Positions 38,001-49,800 of a DNA stretch of 64,000 nucleotides are shown here, piece by piece. The stretch covers positions 310,001 to 374,000 of the forward strand of contig OZ210885.1 in NCBI GenBank assembly GCA_964658305.1, in the 5' to 3' direction. Source of the stretch: Leptogorgia sarmentosa. Taxonomy: Eukaryota. Position 1 is the stretch's first letter; the number at the start of each line of letters is the position of its first letter. Both the position numbers and the translations under genes were made by a program. The notes under the pieces were generated by a model that worked only from the letters and a program-made list of their open reading frames with translations, ran no database searches and was not told the origin of the DNA.

Positions 38001-39154
38001 TCCAGTCATCCAGACCAACGTTTCGTCCAGTCGTGGATGTTGTTCTACCAAGTAATGTTCATTCTTCTCGAGATATAAAACATTTCGTGGAGAATCCAGA
38101 ACATTCTTGGCTGCCAAGAATAATGCGAAATCTCCATGATATGTTTGGTTGGTTTAAGGATGGTGCAATAAGATACTTCTTGGTGGATGATAAGAATGCT
38201 CTTTTCTTCTCGTGTCGTTCAAATACAATGTACGTTTTAAATCTAGAGAGTTTTTTAGATACGGACAAACTAGAGCCCAGCATTAAAATAGATATATTTT
38301 CCAAAATATCCGCAAATGGTGATCACGTTTATGTGAATAACGGGATGACCAAAAAATTAACTGCTCGTGAAATTATTTCTAATGAAGAGAATGCAATATC
38401 TTATCCCCAAGCAGGTGAATTTGATTTCCTAGTTGTGAAAGACGGCGTGATTCTTTACGGTGATAATCGCACTCCAGAGTTGTGGAATATTACTCTAACA
38501 CAGCTTTTGGCAGGCTTTGAGGGACTGACTGGCACTTGTCAATTCTTACCGATATCGGATGAAAGTATTGCTTGTGTGTACGATGAAGGGTACATTAATA
38601 TTTTTGATGTTGTCAATAGAAAAATAGCAGACCAAGTGCGTTTTACTGAAAAGGTTCGTTCAGTACACGCATGCAGCATCAAATCTGTTGTTCTTGCACG
38701 AATGGAGTCTGGGGAAATTTCTTTGATTAAAAAAGGAAACCAGATAGGTCATATTAATTGGAGAAGTGATTTTGGAAAGGTTAGGTCAGGAACTGCCACT
38801 TTTGAAGCCGAATTTTCTCCAGAAGGAGAAATATTAGCTTTGTCCAGTGTGGGAATCACCAGAATTTTCATGTATAATGTTGTCTCAGAAATTTTTCTTG
38901 CCAAAGTCATAGGCTTAAGTGACGGCCGTTCCCTGACAGGAATGAAATTCTTCGACAACGAAAGGTTAGTTTATGGCTCATGTAATCACATGTTATACTT
39001 CTATGACATTAAAAATTCTCATGTTTTAACATGTTTAGACATAGGTGATCTTCCAGGTCCAATTACTGTTTGTCAAAAAGAAAGAATGATTTGTGCTGGT
39101 CTTAATTTCTCACAAAAAATTAAGTTAATTAAAGTTTGCTTGCCTCGAAATTAG
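35066..39154 (+). CDS. NLR-like STAND protein: DZIP3-like HEPN - NACHT - WD40 repeats (1362 aa, single coding exon)
   Basis: ATG lies 6 nt after a TTTTTCAG acceptor. HEPN region: LMRLIVDGGTEALR, FDVTLLSVLLRSIC, DIIRIKLFRNERFGH. NACHT region: GTREWVF, Walker A GVAGMGKS, Walker B LIVLDAVDES, VITTRP, FFHKSVGDWL. C-terminal beta-propeller repeats (CCFSQDGSKMVT..LIVWN, AEFSPEG). AATAAA at ~39171. Confidence 0.92.
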   Translation: MASNSSSSLLHNSDETTNGTKLMRLIVDGGTEALRNVFRRIHSGNLQVVFTNNHGILLNLKRGRKIRQNQWDKLFPVSPSVPNINDFDVTLLSVLLRSICNLSSPPSGWDTMPIVSDTSTVADIIRIKLFRNERFGHIPNTAVSEADFKKFWAEISPPLVRLGIDQKEIDRLENEECGEEEKRRVLKEWNECDSKILTAVQCMHDDVKLLLEKDEKPGSNDAILNKNLVLFDFERDIELYCKKYTKGTREWVFEQVLRWFNDETSQSRAFVISGVAGMGKSIIAAVMCERFAKHIGACHFFQHNNSRYNNPNFFLQAVARQLCTVLLEYKDALIRKLSGELGQSLSEMNIEGLFSTLFKEPFSGIANPQKRVLIVLDAVDESEYHGRHELANLISSHLHKLPPCIRFVITTRPERNILDRLKKLNPLFIKADDERNLNDVKLVLQERTSSINHNAREAFINCLAKRSDGLMLFAYCLSEMFTVESAIPSVDSLPKGVEEYYENCFQRLEQELKHLKISEDKFLSFLSALAVAYEPLPEAFVATLFGFENFPTSRRNVRKAIDVLSSLLVIKEDKSVTFFHKSVGDWLLNNEEHNYSVDPQYGNKILFDLCVKTLDEMKEHGVNGEFLAKATVKYALKFYIPHMLSGLKDTRKLEDSSGCYFVDLEVVFACVCVDVDLTLLNMTSLLNHEIYNHVSENTKTTLSRLFFLIRKFSFFFADHPQTFLQNVVNEGGEELSVKALTLLEKRYKDTFYLELVNKDIKNEAPKASFFLTGTISGIDVSLQHHYVVCSYEQGGIELFSLKTGESVWKRDFCITLDDCPHSTRMLPHCIVFHPFEKIILPGRLDNVLTFQGSFTKGVFQSDKDSSVFMNCCFSQDGSKMVTYDGNANNLIVWNVFNGAKETCFPCKTLYSLSFTASGKFLGTTDTQNVFTVYDVTNGYSVDSIKIDTTFPVEIVSTFEQDSWFCSLGPMFQRVNHDFFQSSRPTFRPVVDVVLPSNVHSSRDIKHFVENPEHSWLPRIMRNLHDMFGWFKDGAIRYFLVDDKNALFFSCRSNTMYVLNLESFLDTDKLEPSIKIDIFSKISANGDHVYVNNGMTKKLTAREIISNEENAISYPQAGEFDFLVVKDGVILYGDNRTPELWNITLTQLLAGFEGLTGTCQFLPISDESIACVYDEGYINIFDVVNRKIADQVRFTEKVRSVHACSIKSVVLARMESGEISLIKKGNQIGHINWRSDFGKVRSGTATFEAEFSPEGEILALSSVGITRIFMYNVVSEIFLAKVIGLSDGRSLTGMKFFDNERLVYGSCNHMLYFYDIKNSHVLTCLDIGDLPGPITVCQKERMICAGLNFSQKIKLIKVCLPRN

Positions 39155-40029
39155 GTCATATATTGCATCCAATAAAATTTAAAAAAGAAATGCTGTTTAA
39201 AGACTTGATTGCAGAAGTTGATTCGTATTACAATTCTCAGAGTTCAGTAATGAACTATTGACATTAGACAAACAATGCACTATGTTTACAAATTACAATG
39301 ATGAAATTTATATAAATAAGAGACATGATTCTTGTAAAACCCATTTTGTGTTATAACTCACGGAATAGCGATATGACAAAATGACAATTATGTTAGTAAT
39401 TTACTATACCTTGATCCCGGAGGTGCTACATTAGCCATATACATCCCTATGTATCCATCCCTACATATACCATTGCTACTGTATCATTCTATTTTTGGAG
39501 TTTTTTTTAGGAAAATTACAATCTGACTATGGTAAATATTTCAGCATTAGTTCATAAACTTTAATATAGTGTAGGTCTTCCTCGGGAATTAGTGATGAAG
39601 AATTGGAGTTCCTACGCCCCAACTCAAGTAGAGAATACCTATTGCACTATCATGTAAATTTTATAGACAAAGTGGGGAATGCCTGCAGGAATCACTTTAA
39701 GGTAATATTCTATGGTAGTACTATTTCCCAGTTATAACATCACTACACCCCCCCACCCTCCCCTCCCCACCCGCTACGTCCTTTGCTAGCGAGGCGACCC
39801 GTGAACCCGCGTCTAAAATTGAAGTGATTAACAAAATATCACATGAAGAATGTTTGTCATGAAAAATTAAATGCAACAAGGTACAAACGTTTGGCACTTA
39901 GTGGTGAATATAAAACAGACAATGGTTTCAAAAGAAATTGCTATGAAATTGGAATGTCACGTCTCTTTTCGAAAAGTTTGGGTCGATACCGACCCATGGG
40001 AACTGGCTACTAAATTGGTTGATTTAGCA

Positions 40030-40335
40030 ATAATAAAGGGTTATTGACCGAGCGTGAGGTCTGTACTGTGAAATATCAGACCGAGGTTTTTAGTATGGAC
40101 CGAGCGACGAAGGAGCGAGGTCAATGCAAAGAACCTCATGAGGTTGTTTGAAATTTTTATCTGTAAATTTTAAATTGGAAAATTAAAAAGCAAAAATATT
40201 TTCTGTTTGCGAAGCGAAATTCTCCGCCAGATAAACGACATCCGGGACACCGGTCCAAATACGGAAAATACGGACCGCGGTCCGGATATGGGTTTTTACG
40301 GACCGCTTGTCAACCAATCAGAATAGAGAATTTTG
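40030..40335. mobile_element. Non-autonomous Crypton-like element
   Basis: TAATAAAGGGTTATTGACCGAGCGTGAGGTCTGTAC..GACCGAGCGACGAAGGAGCGAGGTC start and CAACCAATCAGAA end. Confidence 0.5.
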
Positions 40336-40919
40336 AATCTAAGAAAAAGTAATTGAATCTAAGAAAAAGTATTGATTTGTATTGAAATAAAGCATATTTT
40401 AGTTGATTTATTTACTATTATTGCAATCAAAATTTGATCAACTTAAGCTTACATTGAATTTCTATTGATTCTAATTCCAGATGACAATATTATCACATCA
40501 CATGCTTGCATTTTTTGAAACGGAATTCGGAATTCTTTCGGAAATGTATACTTACAAAAACTCCATAATGTGTAAACGGTTTAAGGGTTTTAGCAGTATT
40601 TCCTGCTTCCTGAGGCCGGTTATATCACAGGCATTTATAGCTTAAACGGTGTTCAGGCGAAAGTTTAATGTTCATCTTGTAAATAATTGAATTAAATTTA
40701 TTAACTAATTGTGGATGCAGTCCTTATGCGTATATAGATGTCGACATGTTTAGATAGAAAAGATTGTAACTTCTAGTCTATAGTCTGTACGTACTTCATA
40801 GATTTGTTTGTTATTTTTGGCTTAAACACTGTTTAAACTAAACGTCCTTGGTACAACCGGGTCTTGCTGTACATTGTTCTAATCTCTTTATGTATCTTTT
40901 ATGTTACGATGAAACTATC

Positions 40920-41010
40920 CAGGGACGTAGGAAGGGGGGCGCCCCACCCAATAATTTATATTGGGGGCGGAATACCTTTCCCCAATATCTATCGCATTCC
41001 TACGTCCTTG
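40920..41010. mobile_element. 91-bp hAT-type MITE
   Basis: AAACTATC|CAGGGACGTAGGAA ... TTCCTACGTCCTTG|AAGCTATC (8-bp TSD with one mismatch). Confidence 0.75.
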
Positions 41011-41149
41011 AAGCTATCTGTTTATGGATTACAAATTTAAAATACATATTGAATAACTTATTTGAAGCCAAATTTGTATTACTATTTTCCGTTAAACCTC
41101 ATTTATTAAAATATATATTGTAAGAACTAAAAAGTTGTTATTACTGTTT

Positions 41150-42480
41150 CACAAAGAGGATGAAATTTGACTTGTATACCCAGGTGACCTCGTGACTGAA
41201 CAACGAGAGGAATCGGACCAGTAACACAATAGAAATTCAGTTCGTACCTTTGACCTTAGCTCCGTCACATATTTATATTCTTTGGCTAAACTGTTCAAAA
41301 TTTTTTGTGTCCGTTTTTGTATAACGTTAAACAAATGTCTTTGTCGAATCTGAGCTATAGAAATTGGATTTACGACAATGATATTATATTGATCAATTTT
41401 ATGGATTTCTATGTGATTGCCAGTCCCAGGCCTTAATCGAGTTCTAAGATTGTAGCACAATAACAAACCAAAGCATATCCAGCAGGGCATGTCGGAAACT
41501 TGCTCAAAGATTGGATATATTAAAACAAATGTATACGTACTGTCATAGAATCTTGACACAAGAACGAAGACGAGTTAGCTAATTATCTGCAAAGTACATA
41601 TGGACGATTCTGGCGTTTCACAATAATGAAGGGAATAAAAATCTGCAAAGTACTTGATCGATGTTACAAATACTACCTGACAATTCAAAATCGACGTCGA
41701 AGCTGTGGTTACGACCCTGGATTTAAATGCAATATGATTATGGAAGAAGAGACTGGTGTACTTCTGTCTATTTTTCTGTTGATGTCGTTGTCAAAGATAC
41801 TATATGTCTATGATTATCTGCCATAAAACAAACATATGTCATGATGGATGAATATTGCATCATGTGAATGATACAACCGGAAAACTCTCGTTTGGACATG
41901 TACAACTGTGGAAACATATTTAGCATAAAGCATATTATCAACAATAATACAAGAACTAAATCGATGGTTGCCTTACATTTATCAAGATAACAGTTTAACT
42001 TTTCTGTTTATGAATGGCGAGGTAGCTATATATCCTGTTTGAATTAACGAATAGATTTACCACTCACAGATGAAATTAAAACCTGAAATTTGTGGACGTA
42101 TATGACAGGATTTTCATTGCTGATTTTCCTTCCTATTCGAGACGAGCGTTAAAAATATGGTCTCATAAAAATTTGGTCTCAAATGACTAATCATTTCAAA
42201 AAAAAGAACAAATGGACGTCTTGCGAGTAAGATCCTATTAGTGTTGTCTAAATCTACGAGAAATTAAAACTGTGGCATTAACTGTCGCTTGGTAATCATA
42301 GTATCTCGATAAGGTCTTGTTAAAATGGATTATGTTGGTGTCAAGGTCTTCAGCATTGGTGTGTTACAGAATACAGAATTCATCATCTATAAACATTCAC
42401 TTGTGAAACGCCCTTATATGATTTATCGGAAATCAAGGAGAGACTCAAACTTAGCTAGCTTAGTCGAATTGAAATCAGTT
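41150..42480 (+). mobile_element. Probable highly decayed Penelope-like retroelement (RT plus GIY-YIG traces)
   Basis: Collinear frameshifted traces: (H)MDD at ~41597, GFKCNMIMEEETGVL (resembles IKFTMEEE..LPFLD) at ~41718, and IIYK-FTCET..FIG at ~42382. Confidence 0.4.
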
Positions 42481-43181
42481 TGAAGAAACTTTGAAACTAG
42501 GTATTAATTTTTTTGTTGTGTTTTTTATTGTGTGAATCGCTCAATAAAAAACCATTAATTCTTTTTGCTTCAAAATAGCAGGGAAGAGTCGATTGATTAA
42601 AAATTTACAATCTGTTTTCGTTTTATCTGACAAAACATTTATTTTCCTAAATGTTTTAAAACTATTAAATGCAATAATAAACAAAAGGAATTCATCTTTA
42701 ATTCGCTTCTCGTCTATTTACAGTAAAATGAGGTTTTTCTATAATTTTTGAGGCGCCTTCTCTTCGCTGCTTCTTTGATTAAAACTGAAAAAAACAATGA
42801 TCATTGATGTGCTGTATTATAAAGTTTTTATTCGATATAGCTAACCACTCTTATTATGTAGTAATTTTACATAGAACCTTCTGTTTCTGTAAATTTTTCC
42901 ACTAAGTATTGATTTGTATTGAAATAAAGCATATTTTAGTTGATTTATAATTTACTTGTATTGCAGTTTTAGTATAACTAAAATCCATAGACATTACTTT
43001 AAGATATCGCAACGACAATTGTTTTGTGTGTATGGGAGGAAGAATATAATTTTATTTACTCAATAGCTATTTTATTATTTGGATCACAAGTAAAACAGAC
43101 ATCGGTTAGTGTCGTATTTGACCGTTTTTCGACGTTCTAAACCCTGCTTTGTCTAAGTCTTTCACATGTTTTCGCGATCAG

Positions 43182-43428
43182 GGGCCGGTTGTTCGTAGCC
43201 CGTTTAGCCTAAACGGTGGATAAGTCTGGAATATCAAACAAGTCTAGTATGTGTTCATTGAACAATTAAAATAACATTTTTCATCCTGAAAGGAACACTT
43301 ATGTATGCAACTACGTACTTGGTGTTTTGAAATTTGAGTTCAGTTATTCACAAGACGAATGAAACTGTAATTTAAAATTGACTTATCCGCCGTTCAAGCT
43401 AAACGGGCTACGAACAATTAACCGGCCC
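43182..43428. mobile_element. Harbinger-like MITE
   Basis: CAG|GGGCCGGTTGTTCGTAGCCCGTTTAGC ... GCTAAACGGGCTACGAACAATTAACCGGCCC|CAG; 3-bp CAG TSD. Confidence 0.8.
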
Positions 43429-43838
43429 CAGATATTCAAATGTAGTTCATATATAGAAACCCCACCTCAGCTGCCCAGCATATATTTCGGTTTATCATAG
43501 AAAGCTAATGGCATGCATTTTTGAATCATTTTTGAAACACTGCCTCACTGGAAGTTGACCAAAGTGTATGATGTGAAAATAGAAAGTGAAACTAAGCATT
43601 CCTGACCATTTTTGGTAATTAAAAACGAAAGTCCGTAATTAATGCGGGAATGACAATTGGCATTTGTTATGGCTTGAAAAAGAAAGCGGTTTCCTACTGT
43701 GGCTTGATGGTCGTTTTCCGTTCAACTTAATTAAAGCAGCAGCATCTAACAAGTGTTCACTTGTTTCTTATAAGTGTTTGCGAAAAAAGTAGCACAGTTT
43801 CGTTTCATCTTTGTACGTGGTGAAATGAACGCATCACA

Positions 43839-46800
43839 ATGTCTTCTTCGCTAATTCATCGTTGGATTGCAATATCTCTACTAAATCTTGTCTTTAAAGG
43901 TAAGATAACTTCCTAGAACAGAAATAATCGCATAATTTGTTATAACAGTTGAAAGCATTTCAAAAAAACCCAGACATAGCTACTGTATATATTTATCAGT
44001 GATCCGAACATGAACTTTTCATCACTAATTTAATAATGGTTTGTAAAAAGAAACAAATTTTCAAGTTATATACAATATAGATAATACAGCAGTTATAAAT
44101 GGAAGGATTATATCTATGCACTATTTATTAACAATTAGATTACGAGCTCGAAGCCCGAATCAACTGTCATCTCGTAGAAATCGAGAGCGAATAATGTAAT
44201 AATTTAAACGCGTCGTGGAAGATATCTTCTTCATAGGGTTCTTTAGGGTTCGCTATTCAACTTCCAGACAGCCAAGATGGTATTTAAGTGACATAGAAGC
44301 ATCCTTTTTCCCCACCTCGAGCTGGTACAATTTGACAGGAAAGCTCTAATCAAATAGAATTTGAAAGGTTTCGGTTTGCCAAGAGGAAGCCATAGCTGGA
44401 GTGGCATTAAGCCATTCTTCCAAATCGCATGAATATCAATTTTCACCACTGAACTGCTATTAGAGATTACTGCAAAACGGAGTTTGCAGATTTTTTTTCT
44501 AAAATTATACAACGACATAATTCAATAGACGTTATGCATGATGACGTTTTTTGTACTGCGTCACTGCAACTACCAGAATGCTTTTTGTAGTCATTTTGTA
44601 GCTATTAAAATCTTCGTGAAGCATGCTGGTATAGTCACGGAACGCAAGGAAATGGTATATTATATGATGAAAATTTCTGAAACACATTTCCCTGTCTCAG
44701 TTTGCGTTCAGTCCTCACAGTTCTTCCTATCATGCTCAAAACAACCAACAGGAATTTCATTAGCGTTTTGTAAAGTACTGTGTTTTACGTAGTGAAATTA
44801 TAATTATTATGCATCTATTGTGAAAGACATTTCCTCAAATACGAAATATTATTTCTACCCAAAAATTGTGCCAGAATTCTAATAACAATCCTGATTTTTT
44901 TAAATTGACGTTTTGCTTATAGATTGTCAAAGTCTTTTTCTCAGACACACTCAGACTGGAAAATGTATTACAAAATCGGAAGAACTCGTGTATTATAATC
45001 CACATCATGCGTTTCCATACTTTGTTGTAATGACTGAGAACTGCTTGGACAATAACGCGCAGTTCCGGTATCTTGATAGCCAACTGTTGCAGACCATTGA
45101 GAACAAAGAAACACTGGTGTCGTCCACAGATTCCTACTACAAAAGTCGTTGGGCCGTGTACAAAGGCCTAGCACAAAATGCTAAAAGTTATGAAAAAAGT
45201 TCGAAACACCGTTTGAAACAAACTGCTGCAGGCTCTTTATTCTTTTACGGCAGAAATGACCCAGTATGTGCGGAACCTTCATCAAAATATTTATTGAGGA
45301 AAACGTATTGCGACACCACGAAACAAGAGTTTACCTTTGGTAAGTGGAATATTCAAATGCTCTGTCCAATTTGTGACATTTTCTAGGGAGGTTTAACAAT
45401 CCCGAAATTTTTTCTCCAATCTTGACCTCAAACCAATCCTTATTATGGCTGTATGGATTATCCTTTAGGGACAAAGTTATAAGGAAAGTGAACCGAATCA
45501 TTTATTAATTCTCAGTCAACACATAGGATATTACTGTTGTTTGGCCACCAGCTAGTTGGGTGGAAAAATTCTTGAGTGACAAAATTGAAAATCTAAGTTG
45601 TAATCCAAATTCCAATCAGTACGGATTACTGTAGGAACAAAATTTAAACTATATATTATTCAGGTTCAGTGACGGCCTACAACGCCACAATGGAAAATGT
45701 TCATTGCTCTCCAGTACAACACATGATAGTGAAGAGTGCTGATTATGGAGATTTTGACAATATTAGCACATTAAATGAGAATGCAAAGATTGATAGAAGA
45801 TGCAGCCAGTTCACCAATTGTCAGGTGAAATCTCTTTGTGGTGGAAACAGATCTTGTGAACTGACAATAGACGAAAATTTACTACCATCACCATATTGTT
45901 CTAATACTTCAAAACAAATATATACCAAGTACACTTGTGTGGATACCTACAGCCTCTCTGTAACAACTGCAGGTATAAATTTAATAATAGGGACCTTAAG
46001 ATCTACAACGCGACCAACTCGACGACGGGGTCTAAATTTCGGCTTGAAAATGAGTGCTGACCTTTTTATGCTTTAATAGATGTTGGATTTTTTTTCAAGA
46101 AACAGTTACACACTGTAGGTTCAGCTAAAGCAATGGGATCGTTGCTGTAGTCAACTTGAAGTTACAGCTCTCACGTTGTAATCAGCCTTCACGTTGCTTT
46201 GAAGACGTGATAATGCTTAGTTTAACGTTGCGTTGATAACAACAACGCCGTTGAGAATGGCCCTTGGGGACCGCAATTTATGCTTGGTTTTTGTTCAGCA
46301 TGAAACTTTCTTTGTTCGGAAAGCTCGTCGTCGAGTTGGTCGCGTTCTAGATCTTAAGGTCCCTAATTACACAGGTCTGCCGGCCTTAAAAGTTCTACTT
46401 AACAACCTCATTACATATTTAATTTAGTGTTAATGCCATGCATCCCGCATTTAGAATACCCTATTTGTTCATTTTGGTTTCTGCAGAACAAATCTAAATC
46501 CTCCTTGTTAGAATTGATAAACTCGAAAAGCAATTTAACTAGCGCTTGTTATACCGTAACATATATAAGTTCAAAACTCATCAAGACAAAGATGGCGGAA
46601 ATTCTAGTGCTAGTTCCTTTCTACTGTTCTCCTGTTTTCACACCTCTGTTTTGTATGACAATAAATATAGGTGTGTATCGGAATTGGTTGGTAATGTTTA
46701 AAACGAGCGGCATCAATTTTTGCGCCAAACTGAAAAGACGAAAATAAATTGCAACATCATCGATACAGTACTACATCCGTTTAATTTGAAATCGTGCATG

Positions 46801-49800
46801 AATTAAGTTGATATTTTGATTTAGTTATCATTTTACTTTCTCTAACGATAGGTTATACCAGTCTCTCGTACATCAGGTGAAATTAAATTTCATTTATGGT
46901 TTAGTTCCCAACATTCGATTGACAAACCAAAACGAAGGATACATTGAAATAAAAACAGGTACGATTTGGCGAAAAGTCGTTGAAGGAAACTGGGATGAAA
47001 ACCGTGAGAAAATGCTGTGTCAGTACCTTGGATTTGAAGAGACTGATGGTAATACCACAATTGAAACAAGAGAATTAGAGAGCGGACAACAGATTGTCAT
47101 TGGAGACTTGATTTGTTATAACACACAATCAAACGAAACATCCTGTTGTGTCAATCTTAAATCTTCAACATCCAATACAAGCACCATGATTCCCTTTGTC
47201 AAATGTAAGTACAAACACGCACAACTACTGGCAACATCTTTCCCGATGTGAGGTCATCAGGATTCTCTGGAATCCGGAGTCCAGAGAGTGCGATCCGGAA
47301 TCGATGGTAATAATAGAAGGAATCCTGAATCTACTACTAGTCTGAAATCCGGAATCCAGCACAAATCTGGAATCCGGAATCCAGCACAAATCTGGAATCG
47401 GGAATCCAGCACAAATCTGGAATCCGGAATCCAGCACAAATCTGGAATCCGGAATCCAGCACAAATCTGTAATCCGGAGTCCACCACAAATCTGGAATCC
47501 AGAATCCATGGAGAGGAATCCGGAATCCAAGATCAGGGATCTGGAATACAGAGAAGGGGAACCGAAATTCAAATACCTTCCGGATTACCACACTTGTGGT
47601 ACGAAATGTGATCCTTGTATCAATGTTAAGAAACTTTAATATGTGGCCAGCGTAGATAGCAGATGATGTTGGCACAGGTTTCGAGTTGAAGAGCATTTTT
47701 CCCTTGACAAGTTTTATTTGCTCGTGCATACGACGGCGAAAATGGACAAGTTTTCATGACAAGGAAAACTTACACCAAAATGTTCTTGCTTTCGTTTTCA
47801 ACTTTCTGCTTCCGAAATTTCCTATAAACTTCAATAAGCGCCTTAAAGCAAACAAAACATAATTTTCTGTTTTTCTTTTTACTGCAGGCAAAGCATGTAA
47901 CAATCCATTACTACGCAACGCAACAATTTTTCCAGATTCTGTGTTTTCTGGCACCGGTGATTCACGTAATAATTACAAAGACGCGAGAATTACTGAAAGC
48001 GGCTGGTGTCCATCGGAATCTGGTCCTGTATACCTCCTGCTCGATCTTCAGAAAGAATATCACTTAACACAAGTTGTGGTTATGGCTGATCAAGAACAAA
48101 CAAAGTGGAGCAGCTTGTACTCCTTGAAATACAGTCGCAGTACATCTTTTGGAAATGGTACTCAGGTAGGATCGTAATGATTCCAGTGAAGTTATTTCCT
48201 GGAAAAAACTGCTGTTGGGTACGACAAGACTTCGCTTCTATTACTTCGCTTCTATAACTGCTATCCATGCATTGTTAAGGTTGTAAAATGTCAATGCAAA
48301 AATGTTTCCCCCAATTACAATTAAATTAGGTGGTTTCCTGACGAAATCCAGTTCTTGATATATCGGCATACATATCTGTGATAATTCAGTCTGGGACGTT
48401 GTCAAAGCTAAAAATCTTATAGGGAATGATGGTATAGGGCATCTTTTCTTGTGATACGAATTTCCCGCGTGATCTTTAAATTTAACGAACTTGATATGAC
48501 AAAGAACAATTGTTTGCCTTCCTGGACTGGGAACAACAATGGCAGACCTATTCGGGACATCAACTTTTGCTATGTGTGACCAATGCCTAACTTGAGCGAA
48601 TATGACTATTTCCTACTATGTTTCAGGTATCCGGCAACATAAATGGTTACCAAGCATCTAGAACAAACCTCAATATTTACAATGTTAGATACGTGAAAAT
48701 AGAATCTAATGAAAGCAGAAACTTTTGTCTACGAATAGAACTTTGTGGAGAGGGTGAGACTTTACTTTATCTTTCACTTTATAATAAAATTAGAACTCGC
48801 TACGGCAGTTTGAATACAACACGAAAACAGTTGTAGCCTTTTGAAAGCATGCATGCTTCAAAACCTTACGACATTGTAAGAAAAAGATGTGAGCTAAAGT
48901 TGTGCAGTGTAAACCGGTCTTCACGTTCTTTGTGTTGTTTGTAGTTCAAACGCCAGCACGAGTATCCAATATTCTCATTTCACCACTGAAATACTCTGCA
49001 CGTGTGACGTGGAAACTATCTACATCAACCCAGAACTCCAGCTACATCACAAAGATCATCATCTATCTCAACAACAGAGACAACAAGACTATATCGCGAG
49101 GGACCCAAGTCACAATCAATAAACTCAAACCATACACTTTTTATACTGTGGGACTTCAAACCCAGGATGCTTCTTTACAAAAGAGTCGGATAGTTACTAA
49201 AGTCTTCAAGACTAACGAAACAGGTACATTTAGACATAAATTTTTGGTTAATCATGTTTGTACTGGAAATCTCTTCAATAGACGACTTCCGTTATTGTAG
49301 CGATTCACTGCGCGTTCACCCGCGTTGAATTGTGGTTTTTATTAGCATCACAGCTGATATTCTGTCTCATTTACGCGCTGACCAGCGCAAAAGCTCTTAG
49401 AAACGCTACGGTCAGGTGTAGAGGATGGCCAACAACAACAGTTTTGCCAACGCACTCCACATTCCTAATACAGGAATTGTTCATTCAATAACAACAAATT
49501 AACATCACAGTGATGGTGTTAATTACGAGGGTTTTGAAACCACGTGGGTAATGAGTTAGGGGTTAACTAAGGGTTATATTTGAGGGGTGCGGTCAGGCAA
49601 GGTTGCTCGAATTATACATAATGAACACTTAAATCAAAACATCACTGCATGAGCGAATTACCTCGTTTTTCTTGTATAGCCCCTAGCGGTCCTCCATTGA
49701 ATGTTACTTTCACATCACGGGGGAAACACTGGCTGGAATTGTCTTGGAAAGCTCCTGATCAAAGATGGAATGGAGAAGAAAAAGGATATCAAGTTTGTCA

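Noticed and set aside
35560..38958. Several antisense ORFs within the NACHT gene
   Set aside because: Shadow ORFs of a long coding exon with no domain signal.
47225..47729. ORFs rich in LDSGFQICAGFRIPD
   Set aside because: Derived from the GGAATCC minisatellite in an intron.
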